The translations under genes were made by a program, and so were the position numbers. A DNA stretch of 64,000 bases from Octopus sinensis. Taxonomy: Eukaryota. Shown here piece after piece: positions 1-13,900 of this stretch; the stretch's first letter is position 1; each line of letters starts with the position of its first letter. The DNA is taken from the NCBI RefSeq assembly GCF_006345805.1, contig NC_043000.1, forward strand, positions 18,104,001 to 18,168,000. Reading direction: 5' to 3'. Under the pieces are notes generated by a model, which saw nothing but the letters and a program-made list of their open reading frames with translations, made no database searches and was not told the DNA's origin.

Positions 1-244
1 ATCATGCATGGTGTTTTGTTTCATGGTTTAGTGAATCTGCTAATCTTCTTTAGTGAGGGCTCAATTTTTTTTTCACGGATGATCGGATATAATTGAATGA
101 ATCAATCACAGCATATTACTGGTATTATTTTACTGACCTGCTGACTAAGTTAATCCTGGTAGTATTTGAATTCTAAACCTATAGGGATAGGTGTGAGTTC
201 TGTAAAGTTTTAAATTTGACACCTCAGGAAATTATGACAATAAT

Positions 245-660
245 AATAATGATTTCAAATTTCAATTACTTCAGCCCCAGCACATAACTGATACTTATTT
301 TATCGACCCTAAAAGGTTGAAAGGCAAAGTTGAACTTGGCAGAATTTGAACTCAGAATGTGAAGACAGATGAAATGCTGCTAAGCATTTTGCTTGGCATG
401 CTAACAACTCTGTCAGCTTGCCACCTTATCACAATAATAATAATAATAATAGTTTCAAATTTTGGCCAAGGCCAGCAAGTTTGGGGGTGGGGTGGGGGTA
501 AATTGATAATCAACCCCAATGCTCAATTGGTACTTATTTTATTGACCCTGAAAGGTAAAATCGACCGTGACAGAATTTGAACTGAGAACATAAAGATAGA
601 CGAAATGCCACTTAACATTTCATCTGGCATGCTAATGAGTCTGCCAGCTCACTGCCATAA
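245..660 (-). mobile_element. Two head-to-tail old copies of tRNA-derived SINE family C, separated and flanked by (AAT)n
   Basis: Family C head GGCGGCGAGCTGGCAGAA..TTAGCA..GTTCTGAGTTCAAATTC on the minus strand; many further copies in the window. Confidence 0.75.
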
Positions 661-736
661 TAATAGTAATAATAATAATAATAATAATAATGTTAGCGGT
701 GGTGATTTATTGAAATCTGTTTCTTTTTTGTTGCAG

Positions 737-877
737 ACCATTCAGTGTGTAAAACCAGACATTGTGATGGTAGAGCTGTGCAGTAGTCGTGTAAATATAT
801 TACAATTGGATGAAGAGACCCTTTTGGAAGAAGCTAAAAACATAAACTTGGAGAAGATAAAACTTTCTATTAAACAG
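737..877 (+). CDS. TRABD: TRABD exon: TIQCVKPDIVMVELCSSR...KLSIKQ
   Basis: ttgcag|ACC ... CAG|gtaaat; 141 nt, 47 codons. Confidence 0.92.
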
Positions 878-3800
878 GTAAATGTTTCTTCATTCATTTC
901 TCTATTTACTCCTTTCTTATCTTGTTTTTTTCCATCATCATATCATCATACTGGCATGGGTTGGGCAAACAGTCTGGATCTGAGTCATTTCATACCAGGA
1001 GGGATTACTCTCAAAGGCTGGTGCTTGTCTGTGTCAATTTTCACTTGGTTTCCTATCACCAACCATTTTACAGGTTGTACTAAGTGAATTTTCTCATGGT
1101 ACCAACACTACAAAGGTTGATAATTCCTTGGCAAGAAATAACTAAAGGAACCTCACAACCTCTCACATTCTCTGCTTGTTTGTCATCCACTTTACAATGT
1201 ATACTGGATGTATTTTTCCAGACACCAGCATTAGGGAGACTGTCAAATGCTTAACCCTTTAGCATTTAAACTGGCTATATCCAGCCCAAATATTCTGTCT
1301 ATTTTCTGTACAAACTAGCCTGATCCAGCCTCTTACAACTATTCTATGATGTCATTCTACAGAAATATTATCACATCATTGAAATTTTAAAGCCACAAGA
1401 TAATGCATGATTAATTCAAAATGATGCAAATAAATAGGCATTACATTCCACAGAGCAATCTTGATTGCTAAAGAATTAATGAGACAGTACTGAGGAAACT
1501 CTCAACTCTACATTACTTCCACTTGCTCATCAGTCACTTTAGAGCTGTGTTTCCCAACCTATTTTCCTTTAGGCCCTGCCTATAACTTTTCAGAAAAATT
1601 AATGTTCCACTGGTAACTGGTAAAAAACAACTTTATTTTAATATTTTATCAATCATCCAATACAAAGGAATCTACCAGCAACTCTTTTATTAAGTACTGA
1701 GTACAAAAAAAAAGTACATTATTCATCATCATCATCGTTTCACGTCCGCTTTCCATGCTAGCATGGGTTGGATGATTTGACTGAGGGCTGGCGAACCAGA
1801 TGGCTGCACCTGGCTCCAATCTTGATCTGGCAGAGTTTCTACAGCTGGATGCCCTTTCTAACGTCAACCACTCCGAGAGTATAGTGAGTACTTTTACGTC
1901 CCACCGGCACGGGGGCCAGTCGGGCAGTACTGGCAACGACCTAGCTCAAATGTTTTTACACGTGCCAGTAAGGCGATGCTGGTAACGATCACGCTCGAAT
2001 GGTACCTTTTACGTGCCACTGGCATGGAAGCCAGTTAGCTGCTCTGGCAACGATCATGCTCGGATGGTGCTGTTAGCACCCTACTAGCACAGGGCACAGG
2101 TGCCACTAAGGCAACGACTAGGTAAAAATAAATGAATCACTTTAATCAGAACCTTGTGCTTGGCAACTACAGCACCATGCCCAACCACAATTTTCTTGGG
2201 CCCAACCAGTGGGGCGTATGCCTCACATTAGGAATTACTGCTTTAGAGGGTGTATTGTAGTTGGTGGGGTCTTGTGGGGTGCTTTCCATTGTGACACCAG
2301 TAAGTGTTGGGAATACCCTGTAACCTAAGTTGTGTACCTTCACATCTTATATAATGTGACTGAGAAGGGGAATAGCAGAAAATCAGAATGGGTGTGTGAA
2401 AGCAGCAAGGGTAGGATTGTAGGGTATTGGGATGGGAATGAGAGGAGACTGAGGGATAATAATAGAACTGAACAAATTGTGAATAGGTGATAGCTGACAA
2501 ATAGTAATGGTCCCGAGGAGAGACAGTGGTAGACTGCTGTACAGATGGGGTGTGAAGTGGAGTGTATTGGATACAGATGGTTTGATGCAGTCTCTTATAT
2601 GTTGATCAAGTGAAATGGAAGTGGGTAATGACAGTAGAATGATGAGGATGATGGTAGAAGGGATTACTTGCTATTTACAAACATCACACATGTTGAGATG
2701 GGAGATGGCTGGGTTTACATGATGGGGGTGTGTGTGGAAAGGGGATGGTGGGTAGAGTGATGAAGACAGTCAAAGACAGTCTCTCATGAAAAGTTGGAGA
2801 GGCAGAGTGAATGCAATGGTATTGGAGGAGCCTATTGTTTTCTTAAATTGTCTTGTTAGCCTATTGATGTTTTGTCAGCTTGTATGGAGTACAGTCTGGT
2901 ATTCTGGTTATGTTCACGGCCCAAGTGAGGAAGTGGGACTTGGTTGAAGTGAAACAGTTGCTATTCGTCATTGGTTTTCTTCATTGCTCACCAGTACAGT
3001 ATTTAAAGTTGATGTGGCCATTGATGTAGTAGCTATTTCTTTGTATGTGTTTTTTGTTTGGTGTGTTCAGGTGTAAGTGGATCAGATGTATTTTGAGGAC
3101 GATATTGTAATACTGTTTAGGAATCATCATCATCATCATCATTTAGCGTCCGTTTTCCATGCTAGCATGGGTTGGACGGTTCAACTGGGGTCTGTGAAGC
3201 CAGAAGGCTGCATCAGGCCCAGTCTGATCTGGCAGTGTTTCTACGGCTGGATGCCCTTCCTAACGCCAACCACTCCGTGAGTGTAGTGGGTGCTTTTTAC
3301 GTGCTTTTTATGTTGTAGATATTTAGTGATGATTAGACATGTAAAGATAGGAATAATGTAGAAATGACTGTGTTTGTAGAATAGCATTATAGTAGAGTAC
3401 CAGAGTTTGTTTAGATGTTTGGACCAATCAGGAAGGATAATGCTATGAGGACGATAGCCAAGATGTTTGAATATGTTCTGAGAGTTTGAGGGGTTGTAGG
3501 ACATATGGGAACTACTTGTTGTTGTTGTTGGTTCAATCTAAATTCATCTTCGTTTTGTTCTATTTTCAGAGTGGAGTTGTTCAAGGTTGCTTACATCTAC
3601 TTCTTCTCAGCCTCTCTGCGCATTTAACCAAGGAACTTGGGATGGCACCAGGGGGTGAGTTCCGAAGAGCTTTTAAAGAGGTATGTTTTCTTTTTTTTCC
3701 TGTCAAGTCTTCAAGTTAAAAGTTGAACAACAACAGGAAACTGTTTTCAAGTTACAAATGTTTTTGAATCTTTTTAGTGATTTTTAAAAAAATAATTTTT

Positions 3801-4402
3801 CTCACTATTTTGTAGGCATTAAACATTCCTGGGTGTGACTTCCATCTAGGGGATCGTCCAATTCAGGTGACACTACGTAGGGCGCTACAGTCTTTGTCTT
3901 GGTGGCAGAAACTACGTTTGACCTGGTTTCTACTAACAACTAAAGAACCCATTACGTGAGTTGCATTTTTATTTGATTTTCCTTTTTTTTTTGTTTTGAT
4001 CTATTAAGATTTGTAAGGGGACAGTAGCTGTGATGTTCAAGTATGAGTTTACTTGTTGATATCTTGCTTCAAGTATTGTGCAAAAATGCCCCACAGACTG
4101 TGGTGGTTAATAAAACAGATTTCTATGTGGCCTGATATTGGTTGTGCTCAGCGGTTGTGGACTCCTAATCGAAGTTATGTCTTGGTTACTCTTTACTCTT
4201 TTACTTGTTTCAGTCATTTGACTGCGGCCATGCTGGAGCACCGCCTTTAGTCGAGCAAATCGACCCCGGGACTTATTCTTTGTAAGCCCAGTACTTATTC
4301 GATCGGTCTCTTTTGCTGAACCGCTAAGTGACGGGGACGTAAACACACCAGCATCGGTTGTCAAGCAATACTAGGGGGACAAACACAGACACACAAACAT
4401 AT

Positions 4403-4445
<43 letters not shown>

Positions 4446-7400
4446 TACGACAGGCTTCTTTCAGTTTCCGTCTACCAAATCCACTCACAAGGCATTGGTC
4501 GGCCCGGGGCTATAGCAGAAGACACTTACCCAAGGTGCCACGCAGTGGGACTGAACCCAGAACCATGTGGTTGGTTAGCAAGCTACTTACCACACAGCCA
4601 CTCCTGGTTGAAAGTTTATCACCTGGACATAGTCAGTCCTCCTGTGCATACCTTCCTTCATGTGACACTTATGAAGACCTGTTGAGGCAAGTGAAAATCA
4701 AATCAGTGAACATCAGTGGAATTGTATTCTTTGTGGTACCAGTGCCGGTGGCACACAAGAAAACCACCCAAACGTGGCCGTAGCCAGTACCGCATTGACT
4801 GGCCTCCGTGCTGTGGGCACAACAAACACCATCCGATCGTGGCCGTTCGCCAGCCTCATCTGGCACCTGTGACGGTGGCACATAAAGACACCATCCGAAG
4901 ACCCGGCGACGTAGTCAGTCCACCTGTGCATACCTTCCCTCTTATGACACTTGTGAAGACCTGTTGAGGCAAGTTTGTGACACTTGTGAAGACCTGTTGA
5001 GGCAGAGGCAAGTGTGTGACACTTGTGGAGACCTGTTGAGGCAAGTGTGTGACACTTGTGAAGACCTGTTGAGGCAAGTGAAAATCAAACAAATCAAAAT
5101 AGATGAACATCAATGGAATTTGTATCTTTGTGGTTCCAGTACCGGTGGCACACAAGAAAACCATCCGAACGTGGCCGTAGCCAGTACCGCATCGACTGGC
5201 CTCCGTGCTGTGGGCACAACAAACACCATCTGATCGTGGCCGTTCGCCAGCCTCATCTGGCACCTGTGTCGGTGGCACATAAAAACACCATCCGAAGACC
5301 CGGCGACGTAGTCAGTCGACCTGTGCATACCTTCCTACTTATGACACTTGTGAAGACCTGTTGAGGCAAGTGTGTGACACTTGTGTAGACCTGTTGAGGC
5401 AAGTGAAAATCAAATCAAATCAAATCAAACCAAATCAAAATAGATGAACATCAATGGAATTTGTATCTTTGTGGTACCAGTACCGTTGGCACACAAGAAA
5501 ACCATCCGAATGTGGCAGTAGCCAGTACCGCATCGACTGGCCTCTGTGACGTGGGCACATAACAAACACCATCCGATCGTGGCCGTTCGCCAGCCTCATC
5601 TGGCACCTGTGTCGGTGGCACATAAAAACACCAACCGAAGACCCGGCAAGACTAGTCAGGCCATAACCCGTGGCCCCTACTTGGGACGTAGTCAGTCCAC
5701 CTGTGCATACCTTCCTCCTTCCTGTGACACTTGTGAAGACCTGTTGAGGCAAGTGAAAATCAAATCAAATCAAATCAAATCAAAATAGATGAACATCAAT
5801 GGAATTTGTATCTTTGTGGTACCAGTGCCGGTGGCACACAAGAAAACCATCCGAACGTGGCCGTAGCCAGTACCGCATCGACTGGCCTCCGTGCTGTGGG
5901 CACGTAACAAACACCATCCAATCGTGGCCGTTCGCCAGCCTCATCTGGCACCTGTGTCGGTGGCACATAAAAACACCATCCGAAGACCCGGCAAGACTAG
6001 TCAGGCCATAACCCGTGGCCCCTACCTGGGACGTAGTCAGTCCACCCGTGCATACCTTCCTTCTTGTGACACTTGTGAAGACCTGTTGAGGCAAGTGAAA
6101 ATCAAATCAAATCAAAACAAATCAAAATAGATGAACATCAATGGAATTTGTATCTTTGTGGTACCAGTGCCGGTGGCACACAAGAAAATCATCCGAACGT
6201 GGCCGTAGCCAGTACCGCATAGACTGGCCTCCGTGCTTTGGGGACGTAACAAACACCATCCGATCGTGGCCGTCCGCCAGCCTCATCTGGCACCTGTGTC
6301 GGTGGCACATAAAAACACCATCCGAGCGTGGCCGTCTGCCAGCCTCGTCTGGCACCTGTGTCGGTGGCACATAAAAACACCATCCGAGCGTGGCCGTTCG
6401 CCAGCCTCGTCTGGCACCTGTGTCGGTGGCACATAAAATCACCCACTACACTCTCGGAGTGGTTGGCGTTAGGAAGGGCATCCAGCTGTAGAAACACTGC
6501 CAGATCTGACTGGCCTGGTGCAGCCTTCGGGCTCCCCAGACCCCAGTTGAACCGTCCAACCCATGCTAGCATGGAAAACGGACGCTAAATGAAAATGATG
6601 ATGATGATGATGATTTTCTTTTTGATTCCCATGCTGCTATTCAGAGTTGCTGCCCCTTTAGTTAGCTCAGAGAACCACATTCTTGAGTCCATTTCATTTT
6701 TGGTATCTGCAGTTGGATGCCCTTCTTGTTACCAACTATTTTACTGAGTGGCATTAACACAAGAGAGGTTGTCATGGCCTCGACAAGTCTAAAGGGTCCT
6801 CTCAACACTACATTATCTTTGCTCATTTACTGACCACATTACAGTTCTTGCACATGTGGCAGCCGTCCAAGAATTTGGACCTGGAGATTTCCATTTCCAG
6901 CGACTTCGAGGGCCACCTCCCAGTGGTGTCGAGCATCAACGAAGAGCCCTTGACTACAAGACGACCATATTTTTTTTTCCAAGGTCTGGGGTCTCCCGCC
7001 CCTAAGCCCTAGACCATCACCTAATCACCCTTACCCGTCTTGTTGCTTAACAACAACAACAACAACAGCACATGTGGCACCAATTCTAATGTAGTTGCCT
7101 TGTGCCCTGTAAAACTATATATATAATGTGTATGTATATGTCTGTTTATGTACACACTAGCAGCATAGCCCGGCATTGCCTGGGTATGTAAGAGCCCCTA
7201 GTAGGCAACGACTAATCCCAATCTAGTTCTTTCCCTCTAGGGAATGAAGGCGCATGTGTAGGTTGCAATGGCTTCTCTTCACTCGAATACTTCTATGTAT
7301 ACGATGTTCCTAGCTGTCTCCCGATTGCAAGTTGCGAAAACTACAACAGAAAATGTGTTGCATATAAAAAGCTTAGATTCTCGACCCCATGTCGAATTTA

Positions 7401-10117
7401 TCGATTTTTTTCAGAACTGGGGGAACTTTTCAAAATTTTCGCTGCGTTAGTTTTGAATTATGACATTGAGCTATGTGTGTGTCAAGTTTTATCAGAATCG
7501 GTTGAAAGCCGTGGTCAGGGTGAGGGTACAACCTGACAGACACACAGACAGACAAACTGCCGTTTATATATAGAGAGATAAATGTATGTGCGTGTGTATC
7601 TGTATGTATGAATATGTGTGTGTATATTGTGATGAAATTGTGTTATTGTTATTTTATTTTGTTTTTTTTTTTTTTCAGGAAAGAGGATGTAGAAATGTGT
7701 AAACAGAAAGATTTACTAGAACAGATGCTGAAAGAAATGACAGGAGAATTCCCTGCACTTAGTCGTGTATTTGTTGAAGAGCGAGACATTTTCTTGGCAT
7801 ACTCACTTAAAAAACTCTCTAAACCTGATCCCGAAAGTGAGTCAAGCACGTTTTACTGTTCTATTACTATCACATATAATCTTTCATCTTGTGGAGGCGC
7901 AATGGCCCAGTGGTTAGGGCAGCAGACTCGCGGTCATAGGATCGCGGTTTCGATTCCCAGACCGGGCGTTGTGAGTGTTTATTGAGCGAAAACACCTAAA
8001 GCTCCACGAGGCTCCGGCAGGGGATGGTGGTGATCCCTGCTGTACTCTTTCACCACAACTTTCTCTCACTCTTACTTCCTGTTTCTGTTGTACCTGTATT
8101 TCAAGGGGCCGGCCTTGTCACTCTCTGTGTCACGCTGAATATCCCCGAGAACTACGTTAAGGGTACACGTGTCTGTGGAGTGCTCAGCCACTTACACGTT
8201 AATTTCACGAGTAGGCTGTTCCGTTGATTCGGATCAACCGGAACCCTCATCGTCGTAACCGACGGAGTGCTTCCACAATCTTTCATCTTCTTTCAGTCAT
8301 TGGACAGTGGCAGTGGGTGGGTGGATGGGGTCTACTGCCCTGAAGGGTTTAGCCAAACAAATCAACCCCTGAACTTTTATTTTTAAAGTCTGGTTCTTCT
8401 TGTATTGGTCCCTTTTGACAAACTGCTAATTTACAGGGACATAAATTGGAGTGGTTGGCATTAGGAAGGGCATCCAGTGGTAGAAACCATGCCAAATCAG
8501 ACTGGAATCTGCAAGTGTTAGTTTGTTTTATGCTCCCTGTAACTTAGCAGTTTAACAAAAAGAGATTAATAGAATAGCAAGGTGGTCTACTAGAAAGGTG
8601 GTACAGAAAACTTTTGCAGAGTAAACTAACTGAAACGTATAATTGACAGAAGTGGCTGAAATGATACTTATACAGGTCAAGTGCTGTAGACGTCTCTGAT
8701 GAGAACCCCTGATATATGGCTCTCCGGCTTATCATTTCCAGTTAAACAGTCTAACCCAGGTCAGCATGGAAAGCAGATGCTAAATGATGATGATGTAAAC
8801 AAAGCAACACCAATTGTCAAGTAGTGATGAGGGACTAATACAAACACAAACACACAAAGATAGATACATCGTAATCATTTAACATCCATTGTCCATGCTG
8901 GCATGGGTTGGACAGTTTGACCAAGGCTGGCAAGCTGGAAGGCTGCACCAGACTCCAGTCTGATTTGGCATGGTTTCTACGGCTGGATGCCCCTCCTAAT
9001 GCTAACCATTCTGAGAGTGTAATGGGTGTTTTGGGTGCTTTTACATGCTGCTGGCACAGATACCATTTGTCTAACATCAGTATCTGCCATGAATGCGATT
9101 TTACTTGGCTTGATAGGTCTTCTCAAGCACAGCATTATGCCAAAGGTCTCGGTGCATTTTACATGCCAGTTACATGACACCAGCATTGGCCACAACTACA
9201 ATTTCACTTGGCTTATATAAATATATAGGCGCAGGAGTGGCTGTGTGGTAAGTAGCTTGCTTACCAACCACATGGTTCCGGGTTCAGTCCCACTGCGTGG
9301 CATCTTGGGCAAGTGTCTTCTACTATAGCTTTGGGCCGACCAAAGCCTTGTGAGTGGATTTGGTAGACGGAAACTGAAAGAAGCCTGTTATATATATATA
9401 TATATGTCTGTGTGTGTGTTTGTCCCCCTAGCATTGCTTGACAACCGATGCTGGTGTGTTTACGTCCCCGTCACTTAGCGGTCTGGCAAAAGAGACTGAT
9501 AGAATAAGTACTGGGCTTACAAAGAATAAGTACTGGGGTCGATTTGCTCGACTAAAGGCGGTGCTCCAGCATGGCCACAGTCAAATGACTGAAACAAGTA
9601 AAAGAATATATATATCACCATACGAGTGTGATCATTGACAGAGCGGCTAACCGGCTTCCGTGCCAGTGGCACTTAAAGGGTACCATTCGAGCGTGATCGT
9701 TACCAGTGTCACCTTACTGGCACTTGTGCCCGTGCTAGTAGGGTGCTAAGAGCACCATCCGAGCATGATCGTTGCCAGAGCAGCCAACTGGCTTCCGTGC
9801 CAGTGGCACGTAAAAGGGCACCATTCGAGCGTGATTGTTACCAAAGTCGCCTTACTGTAACCTGTGCTGGTGGTATGTGTAAAAGGATTCGAGCGAGGTT
9901 GTTGCCAGTACCGCCTGACTGATCCCCGTGCCGGTGGCACGTAAACAGCACCCACTACACTCTCGGAGTGGTTGGCGTTAGGAAGGGCATCCAGCTGTAG
10001 AAACTCTGCCAAATCAAGATTGGAGCCTGGTGCAGCCATCTGGTTCGCCAGCCCTCAGTCAAAATCGTCCAACCCATGCTAGCATGGAAAGCGGACGTTA
10101 AACAATGATGATGATGA

Positions 10118-10152
<35 letters not shown>

Positions 10153-10837
10153 TATACAGGGTGCAGTGAATATATTGTCTAAATTTCATAAAAATGAACA
10201 TAACACTGACAACTCATTTTAACAGATATATTTTACCAAAATTACATAAAAATATCTTGAAATACTAAAGAGTAAGTTATTCAATAATATCACCATTAGC
10301 ACATATGTATAAAATAGGCTTCATTCAGTTTCCCTCTACCAAATCCACTCACAAGGCTTTTGGTCAGCCTGGGGTTGTAGTAGAAGACACTTGCCTAAGG
10401 TGCCATGCAGTTGGACTGAACCTGAAACCATGCGGCTGGGAAGCAAACTCCTTACCACAGAGCCATGCGCCTAAAAATGATGAACAGCCTTAATCAAACA
10501 TCAATCCTCATTAGGGTATCCCATCAGAGGTTTCTACAACACTTGATCAATCCTGGCTATATTGGTTAACTTGACCAATATAAGTTAATGTTTAGCATTT
10601 CATTTCAACCAGTTCTGTCAATTACATGTTTCAGTTTACTCTTTTACTTGTTTCAGTCATTTGACTGCGGCCAAGCTGGAGCACCGCCTTTAGTTGAGCA
10701 AATCGACCCCGGGACTTATTCTTTGTAAGCCCAGTACTTATTATATCGGTCTCTTTTGCCGAACCGCTAAGTGACGGGGACGTAAACACACCAGCATCGG
10801 TTGTCAAGCAATGCTAGGGGGACAAACAGACACACAA

Positions 10838-10904
<67 letters not shown>

Positions 10905-13900
10905 CGACAGGCTTCTTTCAGTTTCCGTCTACCAAATCCACTCACAAGGCATTGGTCGGCCCGGGGCTATAGCAGAAGACACTTGCCAAAGATGCCACGC
11001 AGTGGGACTGAACCCGGAACCATGTGGTTGGTTAGCAAGCTACTTACCACACAGCCACTCCTGCAAAATTTTTCTATACTAATTTCTAACTTTCTAGAAG
11101 ACCACCTTGCTATTCCAACTGTAATGACCTTTGACATTCCACATTGAAAATTCCATGATCTTTATTGTCCAGTGAGGTCTCAAATTGACGTGCCTGCAGT
11201 TTTCTCTTTTATTATTTTTTTTTGTATAAAAAAAAGTATAAACCTGGCTGTGTGGTCAAGAAGCTTATTTTCCAACTGAGTGGCCTTGGGCTCAGTCCCA
11301 CTGTACGACTCCTTGGGCAAGTGTCTTCTACTGTATCCACAGGCTGACCAAAGCCTTGGAAGTAGATTTGGTAGATGGAAACTGAAAGAAGCCTGTCATA
11401 TATGTATACATATGTGTGTGTTTTTGTTTTCCACCCACTTGACAACCAGTGATAGTTTGTTTTATGCTCCCTGTAACTTAGCAGTTTGACAAAGAGAGAT
11501 TGATAGAATAAGTACCAGGCTTAAAAAATAAGCACTGAAGTTAACTGGCTCAACTAAGCCTTTCAAAGCAGTACTCTAGCATGGCCGTAGTCCAGCGACT
11601 GAAACAAATAAAAGATAGTAGAAATAAAAAGTATTCCAGATAGATAGGCGCAGGAGTGGCTGTGTGGTAAGTAGCTTGCTTACCAACCACATGGTTCCGG
11701 GTTCAGTCCCACTGCGTGGCATCTTGGGCAAGTGTCTTCTGCTATAGCCCCAAGCCGACCAATGCCTTGTGAGTGGATTTGGTAGACGGAAACTGAAAGA
11801 AGCCTGTCGTATATATGTGTATGTATGTGTGTGTGTGTTTGTGTGTGTGTGTTTGTCCCCCTAGCATTGCTTGACAACCGATGCTGGTGTGTTTATGTCG
11901 CCGTCACTTAGCAGTTCAGCAAAAGAGACCGATAGAATAAGTACTGGGCTTACAAAGAATAAGTCCTGGGGTCGATTTGCTCGACTAAAGGCGGTGCTCC
12001 AGCATGGCCGCAGTCAAATGACTGAAACAAGTAAAAGAGTAAAGAGTATAGATAGCTCTGCCATTTTTACCCCTGATTTTATAATGATTTATTTTGTGTA
12101 GTCAGAATTGTAATTTCTGTGTGATTGAATCAGTTCCATCATATTAATGGTACTTGTTTTATAAACCTCACCCTGATTTGAACTAGAATGTTGATGATAA
12201 AAGTAAATACTTTAATGCGTTTTATTAGTTACTCTCTACTGCTCCTGTATATGAATTGAATATAGTGTATATAGTGGAGGCTCAATGGCCCAGTGGTTAG
12301 GGCAGCGGACTCGCGGTCGGAGGATTGCGGTTTCGATCCCCAGACTGGGCATTGTGAGGGTTTATTGAGCGTAAAAACACTTAAAGCTCCACGAGGCTCC
12401 GGCAGGGGGTGGTGGTGAACCCTGCTGTACTCTTTCACCACAACTTTCTCTCGCTCTTTCTTCCTGTTTCTCTTGTACCTGTATTTCAAAGGGCCAGCCT
12501 TGTCACACTCTGTGTCACGCTGAATCTCCTCGAGAACTATGTTAAGGGTACATGTGTCTGTGGAGTGCTCAGCCACTTGCACGTTAATATCACGAGCAAG
12601 CTGTTCCGTTGATCGTATCAGCTGGGACCCTCATCGTCGCAACCGACGGAGTGCTCCTATCTCTATCTATATATATATGAATTACTTTGGATTTATCTCA
12701 AACTAAATTTGGCAAACTAACACTAACAAGTTAGTTTCCATATGATCATTTAGCCAGCTAAAAATAGCTGTTGAATCTCCTTCAAATTATACCCTACTTT
12801 ACTAAAGAAAAAAATGAAAAACAAGAAGACCGTATTGCATAATTCTATAATGTTTTATTTTGAAACACATGGTTTAGTGGTTAAGGTTTTCGATTCATGA
12901 TCATAAGTTTGTGGTTTCGATTCCTAGACCTGGTGATGCATGGTGTTCTTGGGCAAAACACTTCATTTCACATTGCTCCAGTTCACTCAGCTTGCAAAAA
13001 TGACTAATCATGCAATAAACTGGGGTTTCATCCTGGGAGGAATATATATGCCAGAGAAACTGGGAAGCCAGTTTCCCAGTTTCCATGAAGGCGGCGAACT
13101 GGCAGAAACGTTAGCACGCGAAATGCTTGGCGGTATTTCGTCTGCCGCTACGTTCTGAGTTCAAATTCTGCCGAAGTCGACTTTGCCTTTCATCGTTTCG
13201 GGGTCGATTAAATAAGTACCTATTTCTTTACTACCCACAAGGGGCGAAACACAGAGGGTACAAACAAGGACAGACAAACGGATTAAGTCGATTATATCGA
13301 CCCCAGTGAGTAACTGGTACTTATTTAATCGACCCCCAAAGGATGAAAGGCAAAGTCGACCTCGGTGGAATTTGAACTCAGAAAGTAACGGCAGACATAA
13401 TACTGCTAAGCATTTCACCCGGCGTGCTAACGGTTCTACCAGCTCGCCGCCTTGGTTAAATAAGTACCAGTTATGCACTGGGGTCGATATAATCGATTAA
13501 TCCGTTTGTCTGTCCTTGTTTGTCCTCTCTGTGTTTAGCCCCTTGTGGGCAATAAAGAAATAAGAAACTGGGAAGCCAGTGCTATGCTCCTTATGGAGTA
13601 ATGTTGACTAACCATATTGCATAATCATGGAGATACTATATTGGATTAAGGCTGACTTGGGGATAAGCAAAATCATTGGTTTAAGCAAACAGAAAGAGCA
13701 GGAGACATTGGGCAAAGCTTTCTCAGAACAAGTAACTGTGGGTTCTTGAAAAGAAAAGTTGTACATGTAAACAAGTGAGGTCTTGTAAAAAAAAAGAATG
13801 GGTGAGGAAAAAAGTTTGACTATTTTCTGATTGGCTACTCGTGTGTAAGACCTGTGCAATTATTTGATTATTGAACTTGGAAAGAGAGTTAGTAAAGTTG

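Noticed and set aside
6180-6440. CRISPR-like look of ~60-bp repeats with a conserved GGTGGCACATAAAAACACC motif (also 24090-24300 and 9640-9950)
   Set aside because: Units are homologous along their whole length, so there are no unique spacers. There are no cas genes, and the context is a eukaryotic intron.
4669-6588. Many recurring 70-140 aa ORFs (MEFVSLWYQCRWH..., etc.)
   Set aside because: They are repeated translations of a non-coding tandem array, with no domain or splice support.
8620-8730. CTGATGA at about 8697 with GAAAC upstream; also CTGATGAAG at about 14454 and 18546
   Set aside because: No pairing stems in the required order. The latter two are point variants inside family D and family C repeats.
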